A stretch of 63,426 bases of DNA from a bacterium (GTDB lineage Bacteria; Patescibacteriota; Minisyncoccia; Phycocordibacterales; CAIZIN01). The first letter of the stretch is position 1. Each line of letters opens with the position of its first letter. The notes beneath the pieces were generated by a model that was not told where the DNA came from, did not search any database, and saw only the letters and a list, made by a program, of their open reading frames with translations. The stretch lies in contig JANNXY010000034.1 in the NCBI GenBank assembly GCA_031409775.1, forward strand, positions 1 through 63,426, written 5' to 3'. Below, piece by piece: positions 36,182 to 44,901 of the stretch. A program made the translations under genes and the position numbers.

Positions 36182-37965
36182 GTATCTTTTTAATACTGAT
36201 TTTATTTGCAGCTACTCTGCAGGTTAATGCTCAGACCACATCTGTGAAGCCATCTACCAACGCACAAGTGCAAGGGTTTACTAACGGTGCTACAAGTGGT
36301 AATTCTTCTAACAATGCTTTCGGTAATGCTGCGGCAGATGCTGTTGGTTGTGGAGCAGGACAACTCGTAGCAGGGTTAGCCAGGAATGGTGTATCTGCGG
36401 TAGTAGGATCAGTCAAAGGCTCCGCAACGAACGCCATAACAAGCCAGCTCAATGTTACCCGCGTGCCAACACAGGATGCTGATACACCAGCTATCCGTGA
36501 CGACAATGCCAAGTCTACTGGCAAAGAAACAGGTGGAGGGTCACCGACACTTACAGGATCGGTAGCGGGTGCATTCGACCTACCGTCATGGGACTCGGTT
36601 GGATACTGTCTGGCGAATGCTGCTATCCACTATGTTACACAGTCGACAGTCAACTGGATCAACTCAGGCTTCAAGGGTAGCCCAGCGTTTGTAGACAACC
36701 CGGAACAGTTCTTCATAGGCATTGCGGACCAGGAGGCGGGAGGGTTTATCGAGGAGCTCGGTCTAGGGTTCCTATGTACAGAATTCTCGCCCAAAGTCCG
36801 CATCGCTCTGGTAAACGACTATATGAAGAGCACCAACGGTGTCCCGTACAAGAACCGCGCCTCCTGCACCATGACGAATGCTGTAAACAATGTGGAGAAA
36901 ATCTCTGCAGATTTCCAACGTGGTGACTTGAGCTCATATGTAGAATACGTAGGCAACCCAGCCAACCGTGCAGCATCATCCTACCTCATGGCACATGACG
37001 AGCTCAACAGACGTGTGAGTGTGAACCAGGGTAGGGCCAATTTCGAGTTACGCACGACAGACTTCCTTAGTTTCAAGAAATGCGAAGACGTAACCAACAA
37101 AACAACAGGTAAAACCGAGCAGAGGAATTGTCGCACATACGGCCCCGGCAAGGTTATCGAGGACGAGCTCAACAACGCCCTCGGTGCCAAATACGATCGT
37201 CTAGCTATTGCAGACGAGTTCGACGAAGTTGTAACAGCACTTATAAATCAGCTTATAAAGACAGCACTGAGCGAGGTTCTGTCAGATGACAGTGGCTCAT
37301 CTAACTCATCTAATGACAGATTCAAAACTGATTCAGATAGCAACTCGAACTCAAACACCAATTCAAATACGAACAACAACTCACAACCAACCACTGTAGT
37401 AGATGGATCGACAACCGGTGGAACCCCCACCGAGCGTGTGATCACAGCTACCTGTACAACAGATGTAGTAGCGAGCACCCAGGTAGGCAAGCCTGTTACA
37501 TTTACCGCTAGACCGCGTGGTGGAGCAGTGAACCAGGACTACACCTACGAATGGCTGGATGTTCCAGATGCCAGGCAACATACTACGGACAACCAGCTCG
37601 TAACGTATTTCCAGTCCCCAACCACAGCAACACTCATGCGTGTACGGGTTACATCTGCCGGCAAGCGTGCTATCGCCACATGCCCAACACTCACTATCGC
37701 TCCCGCTGACCCCATAGTAGCGAGCTGCAAACCCAGCACAACCAATGCCAAAAAGGTCACCGAAACAGTCACCTGGACAGCACAGGCTACAGGAGGCAAC
37801 GGTCAGTATGTATACAACTGGTCTGGCGAAGGTCTCGATAACAAGACCGGTTCATCCACAACAACGATATATGATACCAAAGGCGACAAGACTGCATTTG
37901 TCCAGGTTATCTCCGGTGCCGAATCCATCGATGTCACTTGCAGTGAGACGGTAAAGGTCAAGTAA
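36166..37965 (+). CDS. secreted protein with Ser/Asn linker and two C-terminal Ig/PKD-like repeats
   Basis: Signal peptide (LFAATLQVNAQ). DSDSNSNSNTNSNTNNNS linker. Two roughly 85-aa modules, each bracketed by Cys (TATCTTD...ATCPTL; ASCKPS...VTCSETV). Confidence 0.55.
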   Translation: MGKFLSIFLILILFAATLQVNAQTTSVKPSTNAQVQGFTNGATSGNSSNNAFGNAAADAVGCGAGQLVAGLARNGVSAVVGSVKGSATNAITSQLNVTRVPTQDADTPAIRDDNAKSTGKETGGGSPTLTGSVAGAFDLPSWDSVGYCLANAAIHYVTQSTVNWINSGFKGSPAFVDNPEQFFIGIADQEAGGFIEELGLGFLCTEFSPKVRIALVNDYMKSTNGVPYKNRASCTMTNAVNNVEKISADFQRGDLSSYVEYVGNPANRAASSYLMAHDELNRRVSVNQGRANFELRTTDFLSFKKCEDVTNKTTGKTEQRNCRTYGPGKVIEDELNNALGAKYDRLAIADEFDEVVTALINQLIKTALSEVLSDDSGSSNSSNDRFKTDSDSNSNSNTNSNTNNNSQPTTVVDGSTTGGTPTERVITATCTTDVVASTQVGKPVTFTARPRGGAVNQDYTYEWLDVPDARQHTTDNQLVTYFQSPTTATLMRVRVTSAGKRAIATCPTLTIAPADPIVASCKPSTTNAKKVTETVTWTAQATGGNGQYVYNWSGEGLDNKTGSSTTTIYDTKGDKTAFVQVISGAESIDVTCSETVKVK

Positions 37966-37974
37966 ATTCCCATT

Positions 37975-38355
37975 ATGAAAGACTTTGACACCTGGAACAA
38001 TCTTAAAAAGAATATAGATCTGATATCAACCACCGTATTCTGTAATAAAAGAGACGTTTGGTGGACCTCACTTGGACTAAACGTAGGTGTAGAAATAGAC
38101 GGAAAAGGTACAAATTTCGAAAGGCCATTTCTAATTATAAAGAAAATAAACAAACATTCTGTATTGGGGATACCACTCCTAAGCAATAAGCCTAAATTTG
38201 TAAATGCAATATCTGTAATTGCAGGGACCAAGGAATCTTTTGTTGTATTTAATCAGATCAAGGTTTTAAGTACGAAAAGACTACTGAGGAAAATTGGTAC
38301 GGTAAGCGAAGATGATTTTAAAAGAATCATTCAAGGACTTCAAGAATGGTTATAA
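37975..38355 (+). CDS. solitary PemK/MazF-like toxin-fold protein (intact copy)
   Basis: 126 aa. RDVWWTSLGLNVGVEIDGKG..FERPFLIIKK and QIKVLSTKRLLRKIG match the solitary PemK-like family. No adjacent protein antitoxin ORF. Confidence 0.65.
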   Translation: MKDFDTWNNLKKNIDLISTTVFCNKRDVWWTSLGLNVGVEIDGKGTNFERPFLIIKKINKHSVLGIPLLSNKPKFVNAISVIAGTKESFVVFNQIKVLSTKRLLRKIGTVSEDDFKRIIQGLQEWL

Positions 38356-38441
38356 ATGCGAAACCCCCTCGCAAGGAGGGGGAATCTCGGAGGCCGAAGC
38401 CATAATGTGTATATTATAGTCTCCAGTATAAATTAAGTCAA
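38356..38441 (-). ncRNA. candidate antisense small RNA unit, convergent with the PemK-like gene
   Basis: Minus strand: TTGACT (38436-38441)-N17-TATAAT (38413-38418), then GGC-UUCG-GCC, then CCCCCUCC-UUGC-GAGGGGG (38364-38382) plus UUUCGCAUUU, ending at the toxin stop codon. Confidence 0.4.
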
Positions 38442-38464
38442 TATACCCACCACCACCATCTACC

Positions 38465-38527
38465 CTCCACCTGTGAATTAAAATAGTATTTATCGCCGTT
38501 TTTCTGATACAATATATGCAATGAAAG
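38465..38527 (+). repeat. repeat copy A (promoter plus ATGAAA start)
   Basis: CTCCACCTGTGAATTAAAATAGTATTTATCGCCGTTTTTCTGATACAATATATGCAATGAAA. Differs from copy C at 3 positions. Confidence 0.9.
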
Positions 38528-39003
38528 ATACTATCGCCTATATCGATGCTTCTAACCTAAGGTTTGGAATTGAGCAAAGTAGCTGGGAAATGGACTATAA
38601 ATCATTTAGGTCTTGGCTACGTGATAAGTTTGGTGTAAATAAGGCAATACTATTTATGGGTTTGGTTCCTGAATATGCCGACCTGTATAATTCTCTCCAA
38701 AGTATGGGTTATGATATTTCATTTAAGCCTACAATTAAAGGCTACAATGGTAAAACCAAGGGGAATGTGGATGGTGAACTAATACTTCAAATTAGCAAAG
38801 ATTACTATGAAAGCAGTGCTGCTTCGGTAGTTCTAGTTTCTGGAGACGGGGATTATCACTGTATCGTAGAGTTTTTAAAGGAAAAAGGGGTTCCAGTTAC
38901 GATAATCTCCCCAAACGAAAAGTATTTATCGCTTTTGCTTAAAAGAACCAATGTTCCTATCGTTATACTTGATCAATTTAAAGAGAAACTAAAGAGGAAA
39001 TAG
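38521..39003 (+). CDS. NYN/LabA-like RNase-fold protein
   Basis: IAYIDASNLRFG ... VLVSGDGDYHCIVEFL. Uses the duplicated promoter and start of repeat copy A. Confidence 0.8.
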   Translation: MKDTIAYIDASNLRFGIEQSSWEMDYKSFRSWLRDKFGVNKAILFMGLVPEYADLYNSLQSMGYDISFKPTIKGYNGKTKGNVDGELILQISKDYYESSAASVVLVSGDGDYHCIVEFLKEKGVPVTIISPNEKYLSLLLKRTNVPIVILDQFKEKLKRK

Positions 39004-39097
39004 CCATAAATGAAAAGGCCCTCGGGTATGCCGTGACATACCAGAGGTCCTTTTCTTGTTTATACATACATAATATCAAACTTATTTCAGGTGTCAA
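39004..39097 (-). ncRNA. candidate promoter-hairpin unit, convergent with the NYN gene (includes a bidirectional terminator)
   Basis: Minus strand: TTGACA (39092-39097)-N16-TATTAT (39070-39075), GTATGTATAAA leader identical to the unit at 14466-14476, then an 18-bp imperfect hairpin (39013-39054) flanked by A/T runs. Confidence 0.4.
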
Positions 39098-39111
39098 ATA
39101 AGAAAATCAAT

Positions 39112-39147
39112 CCCACCTGTGAATTAAAATAGTATTTATCGCCAGTT
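39112..39147 (+). repeat. repeat copy B (truncated)
   Basis: CCCACCTGTGAATTAAAATAGTATTTATCGCCAGTTTT. Ends at the stop codon of the minus-strand NYN gene. Confidence 0.85.
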
Positions 39148-39690
39148 TTAAGCCTTAAATAATTCCAGCTGATCATTTGATAACAAGATTCGATAGTCGC
39201 TTTCTTTGATCATACCGAGAGATGGCTCACTAGAAAATCCAACGTATTCTACAATTTTCCCTTTCGATCTAATGTACTTTACTGCCGGGATTAAATCTGT
39301 GTCAGAACTTACAATTACCGCAATATCGAAATTTTCCTCCACCGCACCAATCACCAAATCTATAGCTATTTGTACATCCACACCTTTTTCTCTAATTTTG
39401 TTATCGTAAACAATTCTTCCTCTTTTGACTTGGTAACCATCATTTTCTAAGCCGCTGAGGAGTTTCTGCTGGCTTTCCACCATCTTTTGACTTTTATCGC
39501 TCTTGTCATGGTTTCTCACTATACCAATGTAATAGTTTCTATAAATAACATTTCCGCCTCTAGCTAGAAACTTGGCAAATTTAATGTAATCAAATCTCGT
39601 CCCTTTGGCAAAAACCCCACTCTGCCTTATTCTCTGGTAGAAATTGCCGCCGTCAATAAATATTGCCACCTTCTTTCCTGAATTATCCAT
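39148..39690 (-). CDS. NYN/LabA-like RNase-fold protein
   Basis: VAIFIDGGNFYQR ... VIVSSDTDLIPAVKYI. TGTGATAAAAT ends 7 nt before the ATG. Confidence 0.85.
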   Translation of the reverse strand: MDNSGKKVAIFIDGGNFYQRIRQSGVFAKGTRFDYIKFAKFLARGGNVIYRNYYIGIVRNHDKSDKSQKMVESQQKLLSGLENDGYQVKRGRIVYDNKIREKGVDVQIAIDLVIGAVEENFDIAVIVSSDTDLIPAVKYIRSKGKIVEYVGFSSEPSLGMIKESDYRILLSNDQLELFKA

Positions 39691-39707
39691 TCTCTGTATT
39701 TTATCAC

Positions 39708-39792
39708 AGGATAAACAAAACCACCCTTACTCTCGCGAGTAGGGGTGGTGGTGTTAATAAATACATTATACACAACCCCCAGATTCATGCAA
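39708..39792 (-). ncRNA. candidate promoter-hairpin unit immediately upstream of the minus-strand NYN gene
   Basis: Minus strand: TTGCAT (39787-39792)-N16-TGTGTATAAT (39765-39774), about 20 nt, then a 12-bp hairpin (39721-39748) plus TTTTGTTT. Confidence 0.4.
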
Positions 39793-39795
39793 ATA

Positions 39796-39858
39796 CTCCA
39801 CCTGTGAATTAAAATAGTATTTATCGGCAGTTTTCTGATACAATATATGCAATGAAAT
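39796..39858 (+). repeat. repeat copy C (promoter plus ATGAAA start of the VirB6-like gene)
   Basis: CTCCACCTGTGAATTAAAATAGTATTTATCGGCAGTTTTCTGATACAATATATGCAATGAAA. Confidence 0.9.
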
Positions 39859-42851
39859 CGTTTCTACGCGCAATTTTCCTTACTTTAGCATTTGTGGTTA
39901 TTTTGGGTGGAATAAATAATATAAATAATGCAGAAGCATCTTTTAAAAAGGTAACTGAAAATACCTACACGATATACAACAACCTCCAACCAACTCAGGA
40001 AATAAATACTGTAACCATATCAAACAAAGCAGTTCCAGTAACATTTAATTCATTTACATATTTACAGGCAGGAACAAAAGAAAGCGGAGTGGGAGGGATT
40101 TACCACCAATCAAATGGAAAAAGGGTGGTCTTAGAACTTCAAGACAAAGGAAAATTTCATGTAACAGGCCAGAACGCTAGCGGCTATGATGACGATATCA
40201 TACTAGGCATGTATGTCAAAGGTCCCCAGCCAAATTCACCTGTTACATATTATGCCTTTAAAGATCCCCTACCGAAAAGTGCTACTGCCGCACTCGCTGC
40301 ACAAACTTTAGACGACGCTGGAAATATTGCCGGTATATCTGGTCCCGGCTTTGCCCAAGACTTCGGTTTTTCTGTAAACAATTCAGATAAAGGTCCGACA
40401 GTAAATACATCGCAGGAAGATCACATTAAAATTGTGAATGAAAAAGAGACTGAGTGTAATTTAATCCAAAGTAATTTAAATAATGCTTCTACAGATGCCG
40501 AGAGGTTATTCCTTCAAACAAAGCTGGCAACTTGCAAATCAGAGCTATCTGCCGCAACAACGAAACAAACAACTGAAAAGAAAGCTGAGAAAAAATTTAA
40601 TGAAGAAAAAATCGGTGTAAGTGGGGTTGGCCTCCCAAGCTGCGGAAAAATGTTCTCGGAAGCATTGGTTCCTGGAGGCAATGATGGTAGTCAAGAAATT
40701 GGCAACTGTGCAGCGGCAATCGCGAACTTCTTTGTCGAAGCATTTTCATTTCTACTGGTGCTCGCTGCGTATACATTCGACTACATGCTGCAATTTACGA
40801 TCGTAGACTTCAGTAGCTATGCTTGCGCAACTTGCAATAACGGCCAGCCAGGATCACTCTACGGACCGATCAGCATAGTCTGGACTCTGATCAAAAACAT
40901 TTGTAACTTGATATTTATCGGCACTATTCTATACATTGCCATAAAGACTATTGTAGACGGCAACGGATTCGGCGATCACAAGCTCCTGGGCAAGGTGATA
41001 ATAATGGCCTTCCTCATCAACTTTAGCCTACTATTTACCAAGCTAGCTATAGATGCATCCAATATCGCCACGCTCGAGATATATCGAGGTATCACGTCGT
41101 CTCAGAAAGCAGAGATCTCTGGTGCAGTGAGCGTCACAGGCAAGGCCGCAGACCTAGTAGGTATAAAGGATAATGAAGGGGGATCACTCGCTGCAGCATA
41201 CCTGAACAACATGCTTATAACCAAGGTTTATGATGGTACAGATACTAGTATCTCCTGGAACACCATAATCACGAACGGCATGCTCGCGATCGTGTTCATC
41301 CTCGTAGCTACATTCGTATTCCTCGCTGCATCACTCATGTTCCTCATGAGATTCTTCAAACTCATCCTACTTATGATGACGTCGCCTGTCGCGTTTGTGG
41401 GATCTATATTCCCAAATGCATCTAGCTACGCGTCGAGCTGGTGGAAGAATCTGCGGGAGAACCTACTATTCGCGCCTGTGTTCATGATCATGGCGTATAT
41501 ATCACTACAGATGCTTGCCGCGACCAAAGGCATCCTAGATGGTGGCGACAGAGTTTCCCTGGTCATCACCTATGCATTCACCATCATCTCTATGGGTGCC
41601 TGCCTCGTCGGGGCCAAGATGGCCGGGGGGCATGCAGGGTCAGCGGATTGGGCAACAAAAATGGGTAAAAGTATCACTGGCAGACTTACTGCAGGAACAG
41701 CAGGAGTGCTTGGAAGAAATACAATTGGAAGATTTTCGAATTATGCTGCAAAAAGCTCTGCACTAACCACTCTAGCCTCCAAAACTGGTGTGAGCGGCAT
41801 CGCTGGACGCAGCCTACAGAAACTTGCCGGAACTGGAGCCAAAGCAACTTATGATGCCAGAAATACGAAAACTGTTGGGGCACTCGGCCTAGGCAAGGCC
41901 GGCGGAGAAGGTGGTTATGCAGGCAGACAAGAAGAAGTAGCTAAATTCCAAGAGAAACAATTAAAGAGCATTACCGAGGGATCTAGAGAGGAGAAAGTTA
42001 GGAAGGGTTTGTATGATTACCATAAATCTCAGTCAGACAAAGTTAGAGATATTGATTTTATTATAAAACAGAACACTGATAATAAAGCTAAAAAGACCAC
42101 CGAACTTTCTACAATCAATAGCAATATCAAAGCTCAAGTAGATGAAGAGACGAGATTGGATACAGAAAAGAAAAAAATAGACAATAATAAGGAAACTGCA
42201 GAGGGGGAGCTAAAAACCACAGCGAAAGATACCGCAGAAATCATTGAAAACAAGACTGGTAAGTTCAGGGCCACTGAAATATCTGCTGCCAAAGCTAAAG
42301 TAACTGCAGCGGAAAGTAAACTTGAAGCAGTTCGTGCGAGTGAGAAGAGTCTGGACTACGATACCAAAGTTAAAAAAGTTCGCTCCGAACTAAAAACATT
42401 CCAAGATAATAAAAAGGAGGCAGAGGATGCTATCAAGAAGGCTCAAAAAGACATCGATGATGTTACTAAACTAAGCCCTGAGGACGAAAATAAAGGTGAA
42501 ACAAAGACCAAACAACAAAAAGCAGCAGATGAATTGAAAAAGGCAAATGAGAGGTTGGCTTCAGCTGGCTATAAAGATGCCTCTGAAATTGAAGGGTTGA
42601 AAAATGAAGTCAAGGATGCAGAAAAAGCAAGAAAGGAACTTCAGGAAAAATATCTAAAAGACCTAACAGCCCCCGGATCACTAGTAAAGACATATAGAGG
42701 AGTAATAGGAGAGAATACCGCCAATGAAGAAGCCCTAGTCAAATTCCTAAAGGATAATTACAAAAAAGACGAAGACAAGATGTTAGAAAAGCTCAAGAAG
42801 TCACTCAAAGATGATGAAAAGAAGGAGGAGAAGAAAGATGATAAAAAATAA
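39852..42851 (+). CDS. VirB6/TrbL-like polytopic membrane protein with large N-terminal ectodomain and K/E-rich coiled-coil tail
   Basis: 999 aa. Signal peptide, about 250-aa ectodomain, 6-7 TM helices (about aa 290-590), long charged C-terminus. It is the only polytopic protein in the T4SS-like cluster. Confidence 0.5.
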   Translation: MKSFLRAIFLTLAFVVILGGINNINNAEASFKKVTENTYTIYNNLQPTQEINTVTISNKAVPVTFNSFTYLQAGTKESGVGGIYHQSNGKRVVLELQDKGKFHVTGQNASGYDDDIILGMYVKGPQPNSPVTYYAFKDPLPKSATAALAAQTLDDAGNIAGISGPGFAQDFGFSVNNSDKGPTVNTSQEDHIKIVNEKETECNLIQSNLNNASTDAERLFLQTKLATCKSELSAATTKQTTEKKAEKKFNEEKIGVSGVGLPSCGKMFSEALVPGGNDGSQEIGNCAAAIANFFVEAFSFLLVLAAYTFDYMLQFTIVDFSSYACATCNNGQPGSLYGPISIVWTLIKNICNLIFIGTILYIAIKTIVDGNGFGDHKLLGKVIIMAFLINFSLLFTKLAIDASNIATLEIYRGITSSQKAEISGAVSVTGKAADLVGIKDNEGGSLAAAYLNNMLITKVYDGTDTSISWNTIITNGMLAIVFILVATFVFLAASLMFLMRFFKLILLMMTSPVAFVGSIFPNASSYASSWWKNLRENLLFAPVFMIMAYISLQMLAATKGILDGGDRVSLVITYAFTIISMGACLVGAKMAGGHAGSADWATKMGKSITGRLTAGTAGVLGRNTIGRFSNYAAKSSALTTLASKTGVSGIAGRSLQKLAGTGAKATYDARNTKTVGALGLGKAGGEGGYAGRQEEVAKFQEKQLKSITEGSREEKVRKGLYDYHKSQSDKVRDIDFIIKQNTDNKAKKTTELSTINSNIKAQVDEETRLDTEKKKIDNNKETAEGELKTTAKDTAEIIENKTGKFRATEISAAKAKVTAAESKLEAVRASEKSLDYDTKVKKVRSELKTFQDNKKEAEDAIKKAQKDIDDVTKLSPEDENKGETKTKQQKAADELKKANERLASAGYKDASEIEGLKNEVKDAEKARKELQEKYLKDLTAPGSLVKTYRGVIGENTANEEALVKFLKDNYKKDEDKMLEKLKKSLKDDEKKEEKKDDKK

Positions 42852-42871
42852 TTATAAATTAATCTAACTCT

Positions 42872-43498
42872 ATGGATACAGACACAAACCAAGCCGCACT
42901 AGATGCCAAATTTGCCCAGCTCCCATTAGCGATTCAGGAACTTATTTCTGATGGTGAGTGGAAGAAGTGGGTTGGGGAAATCGCAAAGAGAAACGGTCTG
43001 ATGATCGACCAGGCAGGGGAGCTTGAAACTGAGATATTTATACTAATGATTGGTATGCAGAGTACGTCAGACCTAGAAAACAATCTACACAATAGTGCCG
43101 GTATACCCAAAGAAAAAATCCCTCAATTACTTAGTGACGTAAACACAGAAATAATTCAGAGACTTAAAAGCAAATTGATGGCGGAAGTGGGTCCAGAAGA
43201 AAAAGTAATTAGTGCACCCGAAACAACCGTTGGCCCCGAACACCGAGACGCCATCCTCGCAGAGATAGAGAAGCCGACGGAGAGTGAGCATGGGGTGTTT
43301 TCTAATCCCAATATCATAACAGTAACACCGGTTGCACCAGCTACTATAGAGAAGCCGATTACTGTTCCACCTACTCCGATAAAAGTGGAACCCCTCCCAG
43401 CCAACATCCTCGAGACCAAGATGACAGCGGTGGTAAAGTCCGTACCAGAGACAGCACCGGCATCAAAGATTGATCCCTACAGAGAACTTCCGAATTAG
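42872..43498 (+). CDS. hypothetical protein (208 aa)
   Basis: ORF only. Pro/Thr/Val-rich C-terminal half. Confidence 0.45.
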   Translation: MDTDTNQAALDAKFAQLPLAIQELISDGEWKKWVGEIAKRNGLMIDQAGELETEIFILMIGMQSTSDLENNLHNSAGIPKEKIPQLLSDVNTEIIQRLKSKLMAEVGPEEKVISAPETTVGPEHRDAILAEIEKPTESEHGVFSNPNIITVTPVAPATIEKPITVPPTPIKVEPLPANILETKMTAVVKSVPETAPASKIDPYRELPN

Positions 43499-43552
43499 TT
43501 TTCCCCTCCTTTTCCAAGGAGGGGCCAAGGGGTGGTGTGTTAGAATATAAAA

Positions 43553-43720
43553 ATGATTAAAAAATTTCTAGATTGGATTAAGCTAAAAGAAAATCTGCAC
43601 AATGTTTCTTCTCATATTCCATTCGTGAAGGAAAGGGATGTTTGGTGGTCAAGTATTGGTGAAAATATCGGATCAGAAATAAATGGAAAGAGTAAAGCAG
43701 GCTTTCTGGGAACTTTATAA
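43553..43720 (+). pseudogene. PemK/MazF-like gene remnant (N-terminal about 46 aa fused to the last few codons)
   Basis: MIKKFLDWIKLKENL...ERDVWWSSIGENIGSEINGKS is collinear with 37975-38355 and then ends. Its own TGTTAGAAT -10 box sits 6 nt before the ATG. Confidence 0.6.
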
Positions 43721-43803
43721 ATAAATATTCCCTCAGTTTCCCGAGGGCCGCGGCTAATGCCGAATGTAAGTAAAGTATACTATAATTACCAAAAGTTAGT
43801 CAA
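43721..43803 (-). ncRNA. candidate promoter-hairpin unit, convergent with the PemK-like remnant
   Basis: Minus strand: TTGACT (43798-43803)-N18-TATACT (43774-43779), then CCCUC-N8-GAGGG (43730-43747) followed by an A/U-rich tail. Confidence 0.3.
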
Positions 43804-43819
43804 GTAATATAAAACCCCC

Positions 43820-44239
43820 ATGCGCTACCAAGTCCCACAATTCATCGAAATAGAAGACAAGATATTTGGACAGCTGACACTCAAGCAGTTTATCTACCTC
43901 GCTGGATGCGCAGGACTCGCATTCCTACAATACAGAGTATTGCCCAAGATATTGTCCCTACCTATCGGCATCGCACTCATCGGGTTCGGACTCGCGCTAG
44001 CATTCTACAAGATGGATGGGCATAGGCCATTTATATTTACTGTGGAGCAAGCACTCAAATACTTCTTCAACTCCAAGCTATACGTATGGCACAAGAAAGA
44101 CAAGAAGGTGACCCAGTCCGAGCAGATACAGACAGAGGTCAAAGTGTCTGATATGTTCGTGCCGAAACTATCCGAGTCCAAACTCCGCGAGCTCACATGG
44201 AGTCTCGATGTACACGAGAATGTCAATAAAATAAAGTAG
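43820..44239 (+). CDS. PrgI family (VirB3-like) T4SS membrane protein
   Basis: MRYQVPQFIEIEDKIFGQLTLKQFIYLAG followed by two TM helices. This is the PrgI-family signature. Confidence 0.75.
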   Translation: MRYQVPQFIEIEDKIFGQLTLKQFIYLAGCAGLAFLQYRVLPKILSLPIGIALIGFGLALAFYKMDGHRPFIFTVEQALKYFFNSKLYVWHKKDKKVTQSEQIQTEVKVSDMFVPKLSESKLRELTWSLDVHENVNKIK

Positions 44240-44255
44240 ATGGTATAATCTAGTG

Positions 44256-44897
44256 ATGGCTAACGAAGCGATCAATTCTAAATCAACTCAGGAATTTATT
44301 CCTATCAGAGAGATCCGTGATGGCGTCGCGATACTCAAAGACGGCGGCATGCGTGCAGTACTCATCGTGTCCTCTACCAACTTTGCGCTCAAGTCCGCCG
44401 ACGAGCAACAGTCGATCATATTCCAGTTCCAGAATTTCCTAAACTCGATCAACTTCTCGATACAGATATTTATCCAGTCTAGACGTCTAGACATACGTCC
44501 GTATATAGCACTACTAGAGAATAGGCTCAAGGTCCAGACGAGTGACCTAATGCGTGTGCAGATGACAGAATATATCAAATTTATCAAGACATTTACCGAG
44601 GACAATAACATAATGAAGAAAAGCTTCTTTATCGTTGTCCCATACACTCCCGCTGCACTCAATATTTCCAAAACACCTTCTATCCAGGGAATATTTGGCT
44701 CCAAGAAAAGTGCGACAACCAAGAACGAAGATTTCGAAGAGCAACGCACCCAGCTGGACCAGCGGGTCTCTGTAGTAGAGCAGGGGATTACGAGGTGTGG
44801 ATTGCGTACAGTGAGGCTCGGCACAGAGGAGCTTATCGAGGTTTATTACAAATTATTTAACCCAGGCGACGTGGAGAAGCCTATACCTACGAGATAA
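44256..44897 (+). CDS. T4SS-associated protein resembling a VirB4 N-terminal domain
   Basis: IPIREIRDGVAILKDGGMRAVLIVSSTNFALKS...FQFQNFLNSINFSIQIFIQSRRLDI parallels the N-terminal region of the adjacent VirB4. TGGTATAAT ends 6 nt before the ATG. Confidence 0.5.
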   Translation: MANEAINSKSTQEFIPIREIRDGVAILKDGGMRAVLIVSSTNFALKSADEQQSIIFQFQNFLNSINFSIQIFIQSRRLDIRPYIALLENRLKVQTSDLMRVQMTEYIKFIKTFTEDNNIMKKSFFIVVPYTPAALNISKTPSIQGIFGSKKSATTKNEDFEEQRTQLDQRVSVVEQGITRCGLRTVRLGTEELIEVYYKLFNPGDVEKPIPTR

Positions 44898-44901
44898 TAT
44901 T

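Noticed and set aside
43503-43524. CCCCTCCTT-TTCC-AAGGAGGGG hairpin as terminator of ORF 42872-43498
   Set aside because: Strong stem, but there is no U-run on either strand. Kept only as a similarity note to the hairpin at 38364-38382.
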